DNA of 64,000 nucleotides, taken from Laetmonice hystrix (Eukaryota). The position numbers were made by a program, and so were the translations under genes. The stretch covers positions 35,962,001-36,026,000 of the forward strand of contig OZ249440.1 in the NCBI GenBank assembly GCA_965235115.1, read 5' to 3'. Each line of letters opens with the position of its first letter. Position 1 is the stretch's first letter. The notes below the pieces were generated by a model that saw only the letters and a list, made by a program, of their open reading frames with translations, searched no databases and was not told where the DNA came from. This document shows, one piece after another, positions 47,496 to 59,384 of the stretch.

Positions 47496-50352
47496 CGTGT
47501 CGGCATCCGGGGCCATCTTCACGGCGAAAACAGAGTTATAAGACCATAAAACCAAAGGAACCTATTTTATCCCGGGTCCCAGTGAGTGAGTGAGTGAGTA
47601 GTGGTGGTTTTCCGCCGTGCCGGCATCTGGGGCCATCTTCACGGCGAAAACAGGGTTAAAAAGACCATGAAATGAAAGGAACCTATTTTATCCCGGGCCC
47701 CAACGGGAATATCATTAAAACACACTCCATCCTGTCAGCCCAACCGGGCCATCGACGAGCCTGAACTATAAAAGAGTCAGAAGTCCAGCTTCTGACAAAA
47801 ACTCTAAAATCACTCCTGGTCTGACATTGTTAAAAAGATCCTTAAGACTTGTCTCACTATAAAACCGTTGTCTGATCAGAGTAAAATCACCACACTCAAG
47901 TAAAAGATGCTTCAGTGTCAAAGGACACTGACAGCCATGACACTCTGGAGGTGGCTCCCCCTTGAATAAAAACACGTGGGTTAATCTAGAATGACCAATC
48001 CTGCATCGAGTATAAACAATTTCATGCCTACGTTGGGTTAGGCCGTGAAGACACCTTTGGTTCACGACAGGACTGATCTGGTACAATTTATTGTTTGGTT
48101 GTTCATCCCATTCAGCCTGCCATTTGTTCTTAATGTATGCCCAGATGGTAGGTCTGAGGTCAGAGGCTGGCATTGGACACAGTTCGACGTCTGTTTCAAG
48201 AGCCCTCTTGGCAGTTCTGTCAGCTTGCTCATTGCCTGGGATACCAACATGCCCAGGCACCCAGCAAAAGTGAATATCAAAGTTTGCACTGGCAAGCACT
48301 GCCAACTTGGACAAGATTTGAACGATCACCGGGTGATCTGTGTTCAAGTTAGCAAGTGCTTGCAGACAGGATAAGGAATCCGAGAAAATAAGGAAATCCT
48401 TTTCACTAGAAACTTCAATATTTTCAAGGGCAAGAAGCAGGGCCCGGGCCTCTGCTGAGAAGATGGAACTTTGCCCTGAGATGCGGGTGCCGAAGTTGTG
48501 CTTGCCATGAACTGCAGCCGCAGACACATCACTGCCATCCTTTGAGCCATCTGTATAGAAGGCATAATGTGAGGGGTACCTTGCCTGGACGCCAAGAAAA
48601 TGTTCAAAATATGTCAGGGGATGAGTCTCTGACTTCTTCAGTTGAGCCAACTGAAGGATGACGTCAGGCTTTTCCAGGTCCCAAGGAGGAATGTTGCAAA
48701 AGTGTGTCTGCCCCAGGACGTTCAGATCAATATCCAGTTCCTCTAGATGAGGTTTCACCCTCAGTCCAAAAGGACGTATGTACGTTTCCTTTCTTTCATA
48801 TAAATGTTGGAACTGAGGGTGAAAAACGCAATTGTAAGCTGGATTTGAACTGTTTGTCCCGAGCTTGACTGCATACTGCAAAGCCAGCTTCAGACGCCTG
48901 TTGTCAAGCGATGGCTCTCGGGCCTCCACATAGAGGCTCTGAACAGGAGACGTTCTAAAAGCCCCAAGTGAAAGCCGCAAACCCTGGTGGTGAACCGTGT
49001 CCAAAAGCCGAATGTAAGACTTACAAGCAGAACCATAAACTATGCTACCGTAATCGAGCTTCGACCGGATTAAAGCTCTGTACAGTTGTAAAAGGACTGT
49101 ACTGTCTGCTCCCCAGTTTGTGCCAGATAAAACCTTGAGAACATCCAGAGCCTTAAGGCATCTGGATTTGAGGGATTTAATGTGAGGGATAAAAGACAGC
49201 TTGCTGTCAAAAGTGAGTCCCAGAAACTTTGTCTCTTTAACAACCTTGATAGGATCTCCATCCATTGTCAACTCGGGGTCAAGGTGGAAAGCACGCAGTT
49301 TGCAGAAATGCATGCAGACCGTTTTAGATTTTGAAAATTTAAAACCATTTTCCACCGACCAAGTGTGGATTCTGTTGAGACAGAGTTGGAGCTGCCTCTC
49401 AATGGCATTCATGTTTTTGCCTCTGCAGCAGACGTCAAAGTCATCGACGAACAGGCTGCAGGGCATGCCAGTTTTAACCGAGTTAACAATGCTGTTGATC
49501 TTAATACTAAAAAGGGTAACGGACAAAATGCTTCCCTGAGGCACACCTAATTCTTGGTCGTGCAAGTCAGACAGGGTCGTGCCTACTCTGACTTGAAAAT
49601 GTCTGTTGGATAAAAACTGAGATATGAAAAGGGGCAAACGCCCCCTAAAACCCATATCATGTAAATCCTTTAAAATGCCGTACTTCCATGTTGTGTCGTA
49701 TGCCTTTTCAAGGTCGAAAAAGACGGCAACAACATGTTCACGGTTGATAAAAGCATCTCGGATGTATGTCTCGAGTCTGATTAGATGATCAAGAGTACTT
49801 CTCCCTCGCCGGAAGCCACACTGAAACTCGGTTATGAGCTGCTCAGACTCCAGCTTCCAGACGAGGCGATCATTAATCATTCTCTCCATGGTTTTGCACA
49901 GGCAACTTGTTAAGGCTATTGGTCTGTAATTGTTAGCTTCACTATGGTCTTTTCCTGGTTTTGGGATGGGGATGATTATTGCTTCTTGCCAGGAACGGGG
50001 TATATTACCAGTTTCCCAGTGAGTGAGTGAGTAGTGGTGGTTTTGCGCTGTGTCGGCATCCGGGGCCATCCTCACGGCGAAAACAGAGTTATAAGACCAT
50101 AAAATCAAAGGAACCTATTTTATCCCGGGTCCCAACGGGAACACCACCAAAACACATCTATAAAAGAGTCAGAAGTCCAGCCTCTGACAAGAACTCTAAA
50201 ATCACTCCTGGTATTGCTAAAAAGATCCCTAAGACTCGTCTCATAAGACCTTTGTCTGATGAGAGTAAAATCACCACATTCGAGTAAAAGATGCTTCAGT
50301 GTCTAGAATGACCAATCCTGCATCGAGTAAAAACAATTTCATGCCTCCGTTG
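47496..50352 (-). mobile_element. Head-to-tail chain of three I-group LINE pieces (47496-47580, 47581-50017, 50018-50352)
   Basis: Each (GAGT)n tail abuts the truncated 5' end of the preceding piece. The middle copy has an open RT-RNase H frame (47766-50011). Confidence 0.9.
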
Positions 50353-52738
50353 GTGTCTTGTGGTGGAGATGGGATCTTTGCAGAACACCTGAAACATGCC
50401 AGCCCCAGGGCTGCTGATATCTTAGCCAGATGTTTCTCAGGATTTTTATCTCATGGAACCCGACCTGACGATTTGATTTCTGTGATTTTAGTGCCTGTGC
50501 TTAAAGATAAGACTGGGAAAATTAACAGTACAGACAATTATAGGCCAATAGCTCTGGCAAGTGTACTGTCCAAGATTTTTGAGCGAATTTTGCTTGATAG
50601 ACTGGAGACATACTTAGTGACTCTTGATAATCAATATGGCTTCAAAAGGAAACATGGCACAGACATGTGCATATATGCATTGAAAGAAATCGTTTTAAAA
50701 TACCACAGCCTTAATTCACCAATGTTTTTATGCTTTCTGGACGCATCAAAGGCCTTTGATAGGGTCAATCATAGGAAACTCTTTGAAAAGCTAATTCAAC
50801 GTAATACACCTGCATACTTGGTCAGAATCTTAATATACTGGTAGTGCGGTGGGGTAATACCTTGTCAGACCCTTTTACAGTCAGCAATGGGGTACGTCAG
50901 GGCGGAATTCTGTCTCCCTATCTTTTCAGTATATATATGGATGACCTCTCGCAGAGGCTAAACAGGTGTATGACTGGGTGTACTAATGGTGGGGTCATGG
51001 TAAATCACCTGATGTATGCAGACGATCTTGTGATATTCACACCATACAGTGCTGATTTGCAAAAATTATTGTCAATATGTGCAGCGTTCGGGGTGGAAAA
51101 TGATATCAAGTATAATGCCACTAAGAGCTGTGTGATGATAGTTAGACCTAAGGGTTACAGAGATACAGTATTTCCAGACCTTAAGATGAATGGTATCATA
51201 TTGCCAGCTACTGCTGAGGTAAAATATCTAGGTCACTATATCACAGACAATCTGAGAGATGACAAGGACCTGAACAGGCAATGCCGAAATATATCGGGTG
51301 GATAAAAAAAAAACGCCCCGAACTTTAAACTCCAATATTTCAAAAAGTTTTGATTGTAATTCAATGAAATTTTTCTTACTATCACTTTGTGATGTTGTCT
51401 CTTAGTTGTTAATGTTACAACTCAATAGCTTGGATAATATTTCCGTAGCGCTGAAAACAAAAATCATTGTCCAAAAGCGCAATGCCGGCCTAAAGTGAGT
51501 GGTAGTCGCACCAGAGTCCCTGGCCTCACACTAGAGTAGGTGTCAATCGGTCCCCCGTTTTCACCTCATACTGCTCTCAGTCTCTTTTTACATCGCCAAA
51601 GCACTTCCTGATCTATGATAGGGAATTATCTTCCCATTATTGGGAAATAAGCAGCGTTCTGAACGTGTTGCTAAACGTGATAATGATACGATTTCCCTTA
51701 AACTTCTGCTTACAGTCATATCGTCCTAATGTTGCAGTTTCTCTGTAGGGTTTGGCACATTAAACATCTGGGTTTCTCTAGAAGTACTAGGAATAGGACA
51801 TAATTTATTATATCTAGTGGTTCACAACATTATACATATTGTAAAACATGCAAAAACTAAATATTGAAAATGTTTTTACCCAAAGTACAATGCGGTGCAT
51901 CAAACAGGTATCAAATTGGACACCTGGCAGCTGCATGATATTTGACCTAATTCCGGCATTGTGTTTTTAGACACTGATTTTTGTTTTTAGCGCCACGGGA
52001 TTAATATCAAAGCTATTGAGCGGAAACTTTAACATACAAGAGATAATATCATGAAATTATATTAAGAGCAATTTTATTGAATTATAATGCAAAGTTATTG
52101 AAATATTAAAGTTTAAAGTTCGGGGCGTTTTTTTTATCCACCCGATATATGCACGTGGTAATACGCTGCTGAGGAAGTTTGGTATGGACACAGTAGATGT
52201 TAAAGTTATGTTATTAAGGTCATTTTGTACTCCTCTTTATACTGCCCACCTGTGGTGGAACTACAGAATGTATAGCGTCAGGAAGCTCACTGTAGCATAC
52301 AACGATATTATGCGACTATTATTGTGCTTACCCAGATATCACAGTGCCAGTAAAATGTTTGTGAATATCAATGTACCCACATGCCAACCAGTCATTAGAA
52401 ATTTGGTAGCAAAGTTTATCAAGAGACTAGAGAATTCAGCTAACAGTATCATACAAGGTCTAGTTGATATGGGGAGAAGTGATGTAAGGTTGACTTCCCC
52501 AATTTGGAAGCACTGGTACAAGATGTTGTACATACATTTTAGATAGTGACTAGATACTCTACTTAGTTCTTTTCTTTTTGTAGAGTTCTTTTGTAGAGTT
52601 CTTTTCTTTTTAATTTATTACCGTTGTTACTCACTGCTTTCTTATCACTGTTTATGTGCCTCTGGTGCCTATGGACAAGCATATGTAAACCTACATTTGC
52701 CGAGTCTGAAATAAAGATTCAATTCAAATTCAATTCAA
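50353..52738 (+). mobile_element. 5'-truncated LINE of a second clade (RTE-X/Proto2-like, uncertain), interrupted by a MITE
   Basis: NYRPIAL, FLDASKAFD, GVRQGGILSP, YADD, KYLG; AATAAA and an (ATTCA)n tail. Confidence 0.88.
51294..52145. mobile_element. Tc1/mariner-type MITE with long imperfect TIRs and TA TSD
   Basis: TCGGGTGGATAAAAAAA.CGCCCCGAACTTTAAAC at both ends. Removal restores the LINE frame RQCRNIYARGN. Confidence 0.88.
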
Positions 52739-53123
52739 TGGAACGAAAGAGTGTGTTGCCATTACTCGATTGACCCTAAGCCACCGCCATCTAGGAATAA
52801 AGAAGAAATAGTTACCATAGATGTTGCCTATTGTATTAGAGAATTAAATCCACTGTAAAGGGTACTCAATACAAAAAATCCTAGGGCAAGGCGTGACCAG
52901 CCGATTGATTGGATCGGGCCTCTCCAACCTCCCCTCTAGGTGAAGTATGAGCCAAAGCACCGTGTTGGACCTGTGGAAAGCCGCAGCAATTCACTGTCCT
53001 CAGGTACCTCTTCCTCCACCGACACGAGTCGCGACTCATGGCAAACAAGTCGCCCCATTTATTCGCCTCTTACAAACAGCTAGGGGGGCTGGGGAACATT
53101 CTTACCCCGGTCCCCACGGGGGG
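52736..53123 (-). mobile_element. I-group LINE 5' UTR including the probable true 5' end
   Basis: 52736-52926 matches ~36783-36973 and extends ~195 nt further to CCCCCCGTGGGGACC. Confidence 0.8.
53052..53121 (-). ncRNA. Candidate structured RNA (pseudoknot; possible self-cleaving ribozyme) at the LINE 5' end
   Basis: Pairings CCCCG/TGGGG and TGGGGA/TCCCCA, loop GGGG with downstream CCCC, and hairpin GTTTG-TAAGAGG-CGAAT. Confidence 0.4.
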
Positions 53124-55079
53124 TGGCAGTGGGAACCTGAGTGTGAAAAATTCCACTGCCACCTCCACCCCTGACATATGTTGATTTTTTTCCCACCCAT
53201 ACCTTGCTCCTTTCCCCCTTGTACTTTACAGTTGGTGTCATTTGAAAGCCAAGAAGATAAGCTACAAAATGATACCTAATTTACCAGCACAGCCTTCCTA
53301 CTTCTCAAGAAAATCAACATGAAACGATGAAAATAAATCTTTAATGTAAGAATTCCACCATTTTCAGTAGACCAGTTGTGACTTGCGACCCACTGTATCT
53401 TGCGTTGTTGCAGATCCTTGAAGTAGTACATCTCACACAAGTAGTGAGCAAGGGGGGGGGGGGGGGGAGTCCGTAACATCGCTGAGACAGATGAGGACGG
53501 GTGCTCAAAATATCAGGTAATGTATTAATCAGTGTTAAATACACAAATTGGTTTTAAGGGAAAAGTTAGCATTTCATTTACGACCTGTCACATAATATCA
53601 TATCTATGGAGTTTTACTTTTTGATGTTTAGTGCCAACTCGATTTCTTGCATGAGGAGTTATGATATCAACAAATATATTGCCTTTGATCTCAAACAAAT
53701 ATAGATACACATGAAGGAACCTTTCACTGTGGGGGATGTCATTGAGGCCTGTAACGACGAATTCTTCAGCAAGTCTTCTCTCACGTTGAGGGAAAGGCGC
53801 CGTCTAGTTCTGCTGAAAACCCCAAAAGGGCCAAGGATAGAGGAGGATGAGGACTTGATTGGGAAAAAACTGCTGTACGTTCTCACCTATGAAGTGAGTG
53901 ATATTTAAGGGCACACTAGTACAGTGATATTTAAGGGCACACTAGTACTATAATAACACTTGTTTTCCAGTAATATCCACGTGGCGGCAGCACTGTCGCC
54001 CGGTCCTGTTGGCTACACCTTAGTGTGACGTTAGATAGGACGGACGAAATGCTATCTGTGGCAGGATGTGTTTAAACTATTTGTTATGAAAAATAATAAC
54101 TTGATAGGCTTCACCATGTTGTAAAACTCCTAAACGTACCATAATATTTCATAACAAATAGCTCTACGGCACCCAGCGATAGATTACCAAGTTGATAGTG
54201 CTGCCGTCAAGCAGAAAAGACGGAAATTCCCATGTTCCAGACGGTTACTTTATTTAGTTTTAAATTCTTCCCATCTTCTTTCATGTTCAAGCGTGCTACA
54301 ATATAAAAACATGATTTTTGAGGATTGTAATATATTTTGGTTGGGAGAATATATTGCACTATATTTTGGTTGGGAGAATATATTGACACAAGTGCATCTC
54401 ACATTTTGTTTTGAAATTTTAGATCAGTGACAATTGCTAATCAATTTAGAATTTGATTGGCAATTGGTAATATTGCTTCGTTTTTAAATTAATAATATGG
54501 TATATATGATTTATATGATGATGATTAAGGTACAACTTATTCACATAAATTGGATAACTGCTAATCAATTTGGAAATGGCTTAGCAAATACCATATTGTA
54601 TATCACGCTGAACTAGGAGAATCTAAGGTCTCCACACATTCGACTGGGCCTCCAAGGCCGTAGCATACATTTAGGCAACCACACATTATTTTGACCGAGA
54701 GAAACATTTGTTTTTCTCTATAACATTCTCCCTACCATTATGTGTCTCTCATTACTAGGATCATGGGAGGAAAGGACAGTATGACTTGTAATGTCAAGTA
54801 TAATGTGGGGCAATGACAAATCATCGGGAAGTTGGGTACATGTGGCAGTCATATGAATGATGGTAATGATAACTATTTTTTTTCTTCTTTTGGAAAAATT
54901 GAAGGACGTGCAGGACGAGTCCTTAACGCAGGCTTCATCTGATCATGGTCTAGCCAGTTGTGAATACATATAATGTGGAACTTAATGTTAAGGAAGGACA
55001 GCTGCCCTAAGCTTGTTACGTTCGGATGTCAGCATTGAAGTTTACAGTTAGTATTTTGTGATGTCTCTTTGTCAGTACC

Positions 55080-55610
55080 ATGTACTCTCGGGGGGCGGTG
55101 CCACGCAACCTCGGACTCGAATACTGGGACATCACGTGGATCACACTGGGCGGGAGACGGATTGCATCCCTTGACGACCGTCTGCTCAGGGATGTGGCCT
55201 CTCTCCGCCCCGATGTGGTCTACATCGACCTCGGCGTGAACGACTTGACGGCCACCACACCACAATACAGAAGCCAGGAGCTGGCTTGGGAACTCGTAGA
55301 CTGGAACCGGGTCCTGGCCAGAGAGACTGGCTGCCAAGTCTTCCTCGCTGAGGTCTTGCCAACAGTGGGGAGGGACCGCTCGGTCATCGCTCGCAATAGG
55401 GTGATCGAGCAGTTCAACCTGCACCTTCGAGAGATGGTGGAGGCCGACAACACCGGGGCCGTGCACACCTGGGTGCACCAGGACCTCGCCGCACGGATGG
55501 TTGTCTGGTGTTACACGGCCCGGGACGGCCTCCACCTCAACGCAGCCGGCAACCACCGGCTGACTCGGAGCATCCGAGTGGCGGTGAGAGTCATTGGCGA
55601 CGCTCTCTAA
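55080..55610 (+). pseudogene. SGNH/GDSL hydrolase copy 1 (lacks block I)
   Basis: GG (block II), LGVND (block III), DGLH (block V). Confidence 0.8.
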
Positions 55611-57295
55611 GTGACACAGCTCTCACCGCCCACTCCACAACCACAACTATAAGGCCCTTCTTAGGGCCACAATCTATCACAAAAGATCCATCGCTATATC
55701 ATGTGTGACGTTCCCTTCCCTTGGTTCCAATGTATTTACGCATTTTGTTTTCGTTTACATTCTTTATTTTGACCGACCTATATACGTTCGCATCCCTTGT
55801 ACAAATATATCCCCCCAGTGACCTGTGATGGCATCCGAGCCAAAGAAGTTATATATTAACAATGCATGGAGAACCTCCGTTTCACCAAATACCCTCACAC
55901 AGACGATTTACATATCCGACTTCTCAAAGTATATTCACTCGCCTGTATGTCAAAGATGCATTGCATAATTTTGGCTAATGTATTCCCCTGCATCTCCTCC
56001 GACAATTTAGTAAGATAAATACGCATTACTTTCGGAAATAAGACCGACTGTGCACACCCGTATTTGGCCCCTTTTCTATGCATGACACAATTGGTTTCTC
56101 AGCCGGTAATTTAGTTCCGACTTCACCTCGCCCCCGTTTAAAAAGTACTTGGAGTCTCCTCTTCAAAGTTGCCCCTCGAAATAAACATGCTTTACTGCTG
56201 AGCAAGTTTCAAGCAAACTATACATTAATTAATGCGACAGCCGATACATGCAGTGTGGTTTATGGTTACCTCAGAGCGTGCTCGGCAGGACGCTTCCCGG
56301 CGCCCGACATCATCTGCTCGCTACGGAAACGTATGCAAAATACCCTCCTACATTATGACTGAAAATACCTAAAGGTATGGGAGCTATTAAACTTTCCCCG
56401 GGTCACTAACTGACAAACAGAACCAGGCCGCTCGTGATGGTGCTAGTACGCGGAGGCCGGGAATACACTCGTCAGACACATAGGCCTACATAATGCCCAA
56501 GTCTTACAAAGAACCTCTAATAACGCATATTTCTAAAAGTGTAGGCTACATAGAAATGTCTCGTATATACATCAATACTCTGAAAGAGCAACCGCATCGA
56601 CCAAGACAGACTTTTAATGTCGCCCCGACGGTGCAGGTCACGTGGCGAAGACGAAAGTGGTGCCAGGTTTGCCGGTGAGGACGTCCCGGCGGCAGGCAAA
56701 GATCGGCCGCCGCACTCGCTCATTTTCAACTTGCAAAATTGCATACACTCAGCCATCGTTCGGTTTATGGGCATGCACATATATAGACATTAGCATACTA
56801 TTTACCTCCAAATAATGTTCGCTCCTTAGAATGGCAACAAACGGGCGGCATGTAATAAATAGGGAATACGATGTCTCATATTTTATATAAGGCCTATATA
56901 TCAACATGACAGGAATATATGCAATACCCAGACATGATCAGTGATATCTTGAAATAATGAGAACATTTATTTTTTTAATATATATATTTGTAATCTATTG
57001 TATTTTTCTCAAAATGTCTCATTTACCAGCCATTCATCATTCATGGCTGGGCTGGGAGGGCGGTGGGGTGAACGTCCGTGGGTAAGAATAGCAAGCGTCA
57101 AGATGGGAGGGGGGTGGGTGGGGGGAACGTCCATGGGTAAGAATAGCAAGTGTCAAGACGTGGCTTGAGTGAACGATGTCACTCAACACAAAAGATGTCC
57201 TTGACCACCGCCATCGACGGCATGCACGACGAGTTTCGAAATTGGCACTAACCACGTGGTAAAGGGCCTATATAAGAGCTTTGCACACACTCATC

Positions 57296-57883
57296 ATGGA
57301 CCAACGACGCCGGTTAGTCATCATCGGGCACAGCTTTATGGCGCGGCTCTGGCGCCACGCGCGGAGGGCAATGCCACGCAACCTCAGACTCGAATACTGG
57401 GACATCACGTGGATCACACGGGGCGGGAGACGGATTGCATCCCTTGACGACTGTCTACTCAGGGATGTGGCCTCTCTCCGCCCCAATGTGGTCTACATCG
57501 ACCTCGGCGTGAACGACTTGACGGCCACCACACTACACTACAAAAGCCAGGAGCTGGCTTGGTGACTCGTGGACTGGGGCCGGGTCCTGGCCAGAGAGAC
57601 TGGCTGCCAAGTCGTCCTCACTGAGGTCTTGCCAACAGTGGGGAGGGACCGCTCGGTCATCGCCCGCAATAGGGTGATCGAGCAGTTCAATCTGCACCTT
57701 CGAGAGATGGTGGAGGCCGACAACACCGGGGCCGTGCACACCTGGCTGCACCAGGACCTCGCCGCACGGATGGTTCTCTGGTGTTACACGGCCCGGGACG
57801 GCCTCCACCTCAACGCAGCCAGCAACCGCCGGCTGACTCGGAGCATCCGAGTGGCTGTGAGAGTCATTGGCGACGCTCTCTAA
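57296..57883 (+). pseudogene. SGNH/GDSL hydrolase copy 2, full length with in-frame TGA at 57563-57565
   Basis: IIGHSF (block I), RGG, LGVND, DGLH. Confidence 0.85.
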
Positions 57884-59384
57884 GTGACACAGCTCTCACC
57901 GCCCACTCCACAACCACAACTATAAGGCCCTTCTTAGGGCCACAATCTATCACAAAAGATCCATCGCTATATCATGTGTGACGTTCCCTTCCCTTGGTTC
58001 CAATGTATTTACGCATTTTGTTTTCGTTTACATTCTTTATTTTGACCGACCTATATACGTTCGCATCCCTTGTACAAATATATCCCCCCAGTGACCTGTG
58101 ATGGCATCCGAGCCAAAGAAGTTATATATTAACAATGCATGGAGAACCTCCGTTTCACCAAATACCCTCACACAGACGATTTACATACCCGACTTCTCAA
58201 AGATGCATTGCATAATTTTGGCTAATGTGTTCCCCTGCATCTCCGACAATTTAGTAAGATAAATACGCATTACTTTCGGAAATAAGACCGACTGTGCACA
58301 CCCGTATTTGGCCCCTTTTCTATGCATGACACAATTGGTTTCTCAGCCGGTAATTTAGTTCCGACTTCACCTCGCCCCCGTTTAAAAAGTACTTGGAGTC
58401 TCCTCTCCAAAGTTGCCCCTCGAAATAAACATGCTTTACTACTGAGCAAGTTTCAAGCAAACTATACATTAATTAATGCGACAGCCGATACATGCAGTGT
58501 GGTTTATGGTTACCTTAGAGCGTGCTCGGCAGGACGCTTCCCGGCGCCCGACATCATCTGCTCGCTACGGAAACGTATACAAAATACCCTCCTACATTAT
58601 GACTGAAAATACCTAAAGGTATGGGAGCTATTAAATTTTCCCCGGGTCACTAACTGACAAACAGAACCAGGCCGCTCGTGATGGTGCTAGTACGCGGAGG
58701 CCGGGAATACACTTGTCAGACACATAGGCCTACATAATGCCCAAGTCTTACAAAGAACCTCTAATAACGCATATTTCTAAAAGTGTAGGCTACATAGAAA
58801 TGTCTCGTATATACATCAATACTCTGTCTTGGTCGATGCGGTTGCTCTTTCAGACTTTTAATGTCGCCCCGACGGTGCAGGTCACGTGGCGAAGACGAAA
58901 GTGGTGCCAGGTTTGCCGGTGAGGACGTCCCGGCGGCAGGCAAAGATCGGCCGCCGCACTCGCTCATTTTCAACTTGCAAAATTGCATACACTCAGCCAT
59001 CGTTCGGTTTATGGGCATGCACATATATAGACATTAGCATACTATTTACCTCCAAATAATGTTCGCTCCTTAGAATGGCAACAAACGGGCGGCATGTAAT
59101 AAATAGGGAATACGATGTCTCATATTTTATATTAGGCCTATATCAACATGACAGGAATATATGCAATACCCAGACATGATCAGTGATATCTTGAAATAAT
59201 GAGAACATTTATTTTTTTATATATATTTGTAATCTATTGTATTTTTCTCAAAATGTCTCATTTACCAGCCATTCATCATTCACGGCTGGGCTGGGAGGGC
59301 GGTGGGGTGAACGTCCATGGGTAAGAATAGCAAGTGTCAAGATGGGAGGGGGGTGGGTGGGGGGAACGTCCATGGGTAAGAATA

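Noticed and set aside
47766..50108. 780-aa ORF as an intact RT gene with a novel N-terminus
   Set aside because: The first ~30 codons are the 3' UTR and tail of the adjacent LINE piece, read through by chance.
53705..53893. Possible isolated exon (KEPFTVGDVIEAC...)
   Set aside because: Splice-like borders, but no recognisable domain or partner exons.
57269..57275. TATA box for the SGNH ORF
   Set aside because: Only ~20 nt upstream of the ATG, leaving essentially no 5' UTR; cannot be supported without transcript data.
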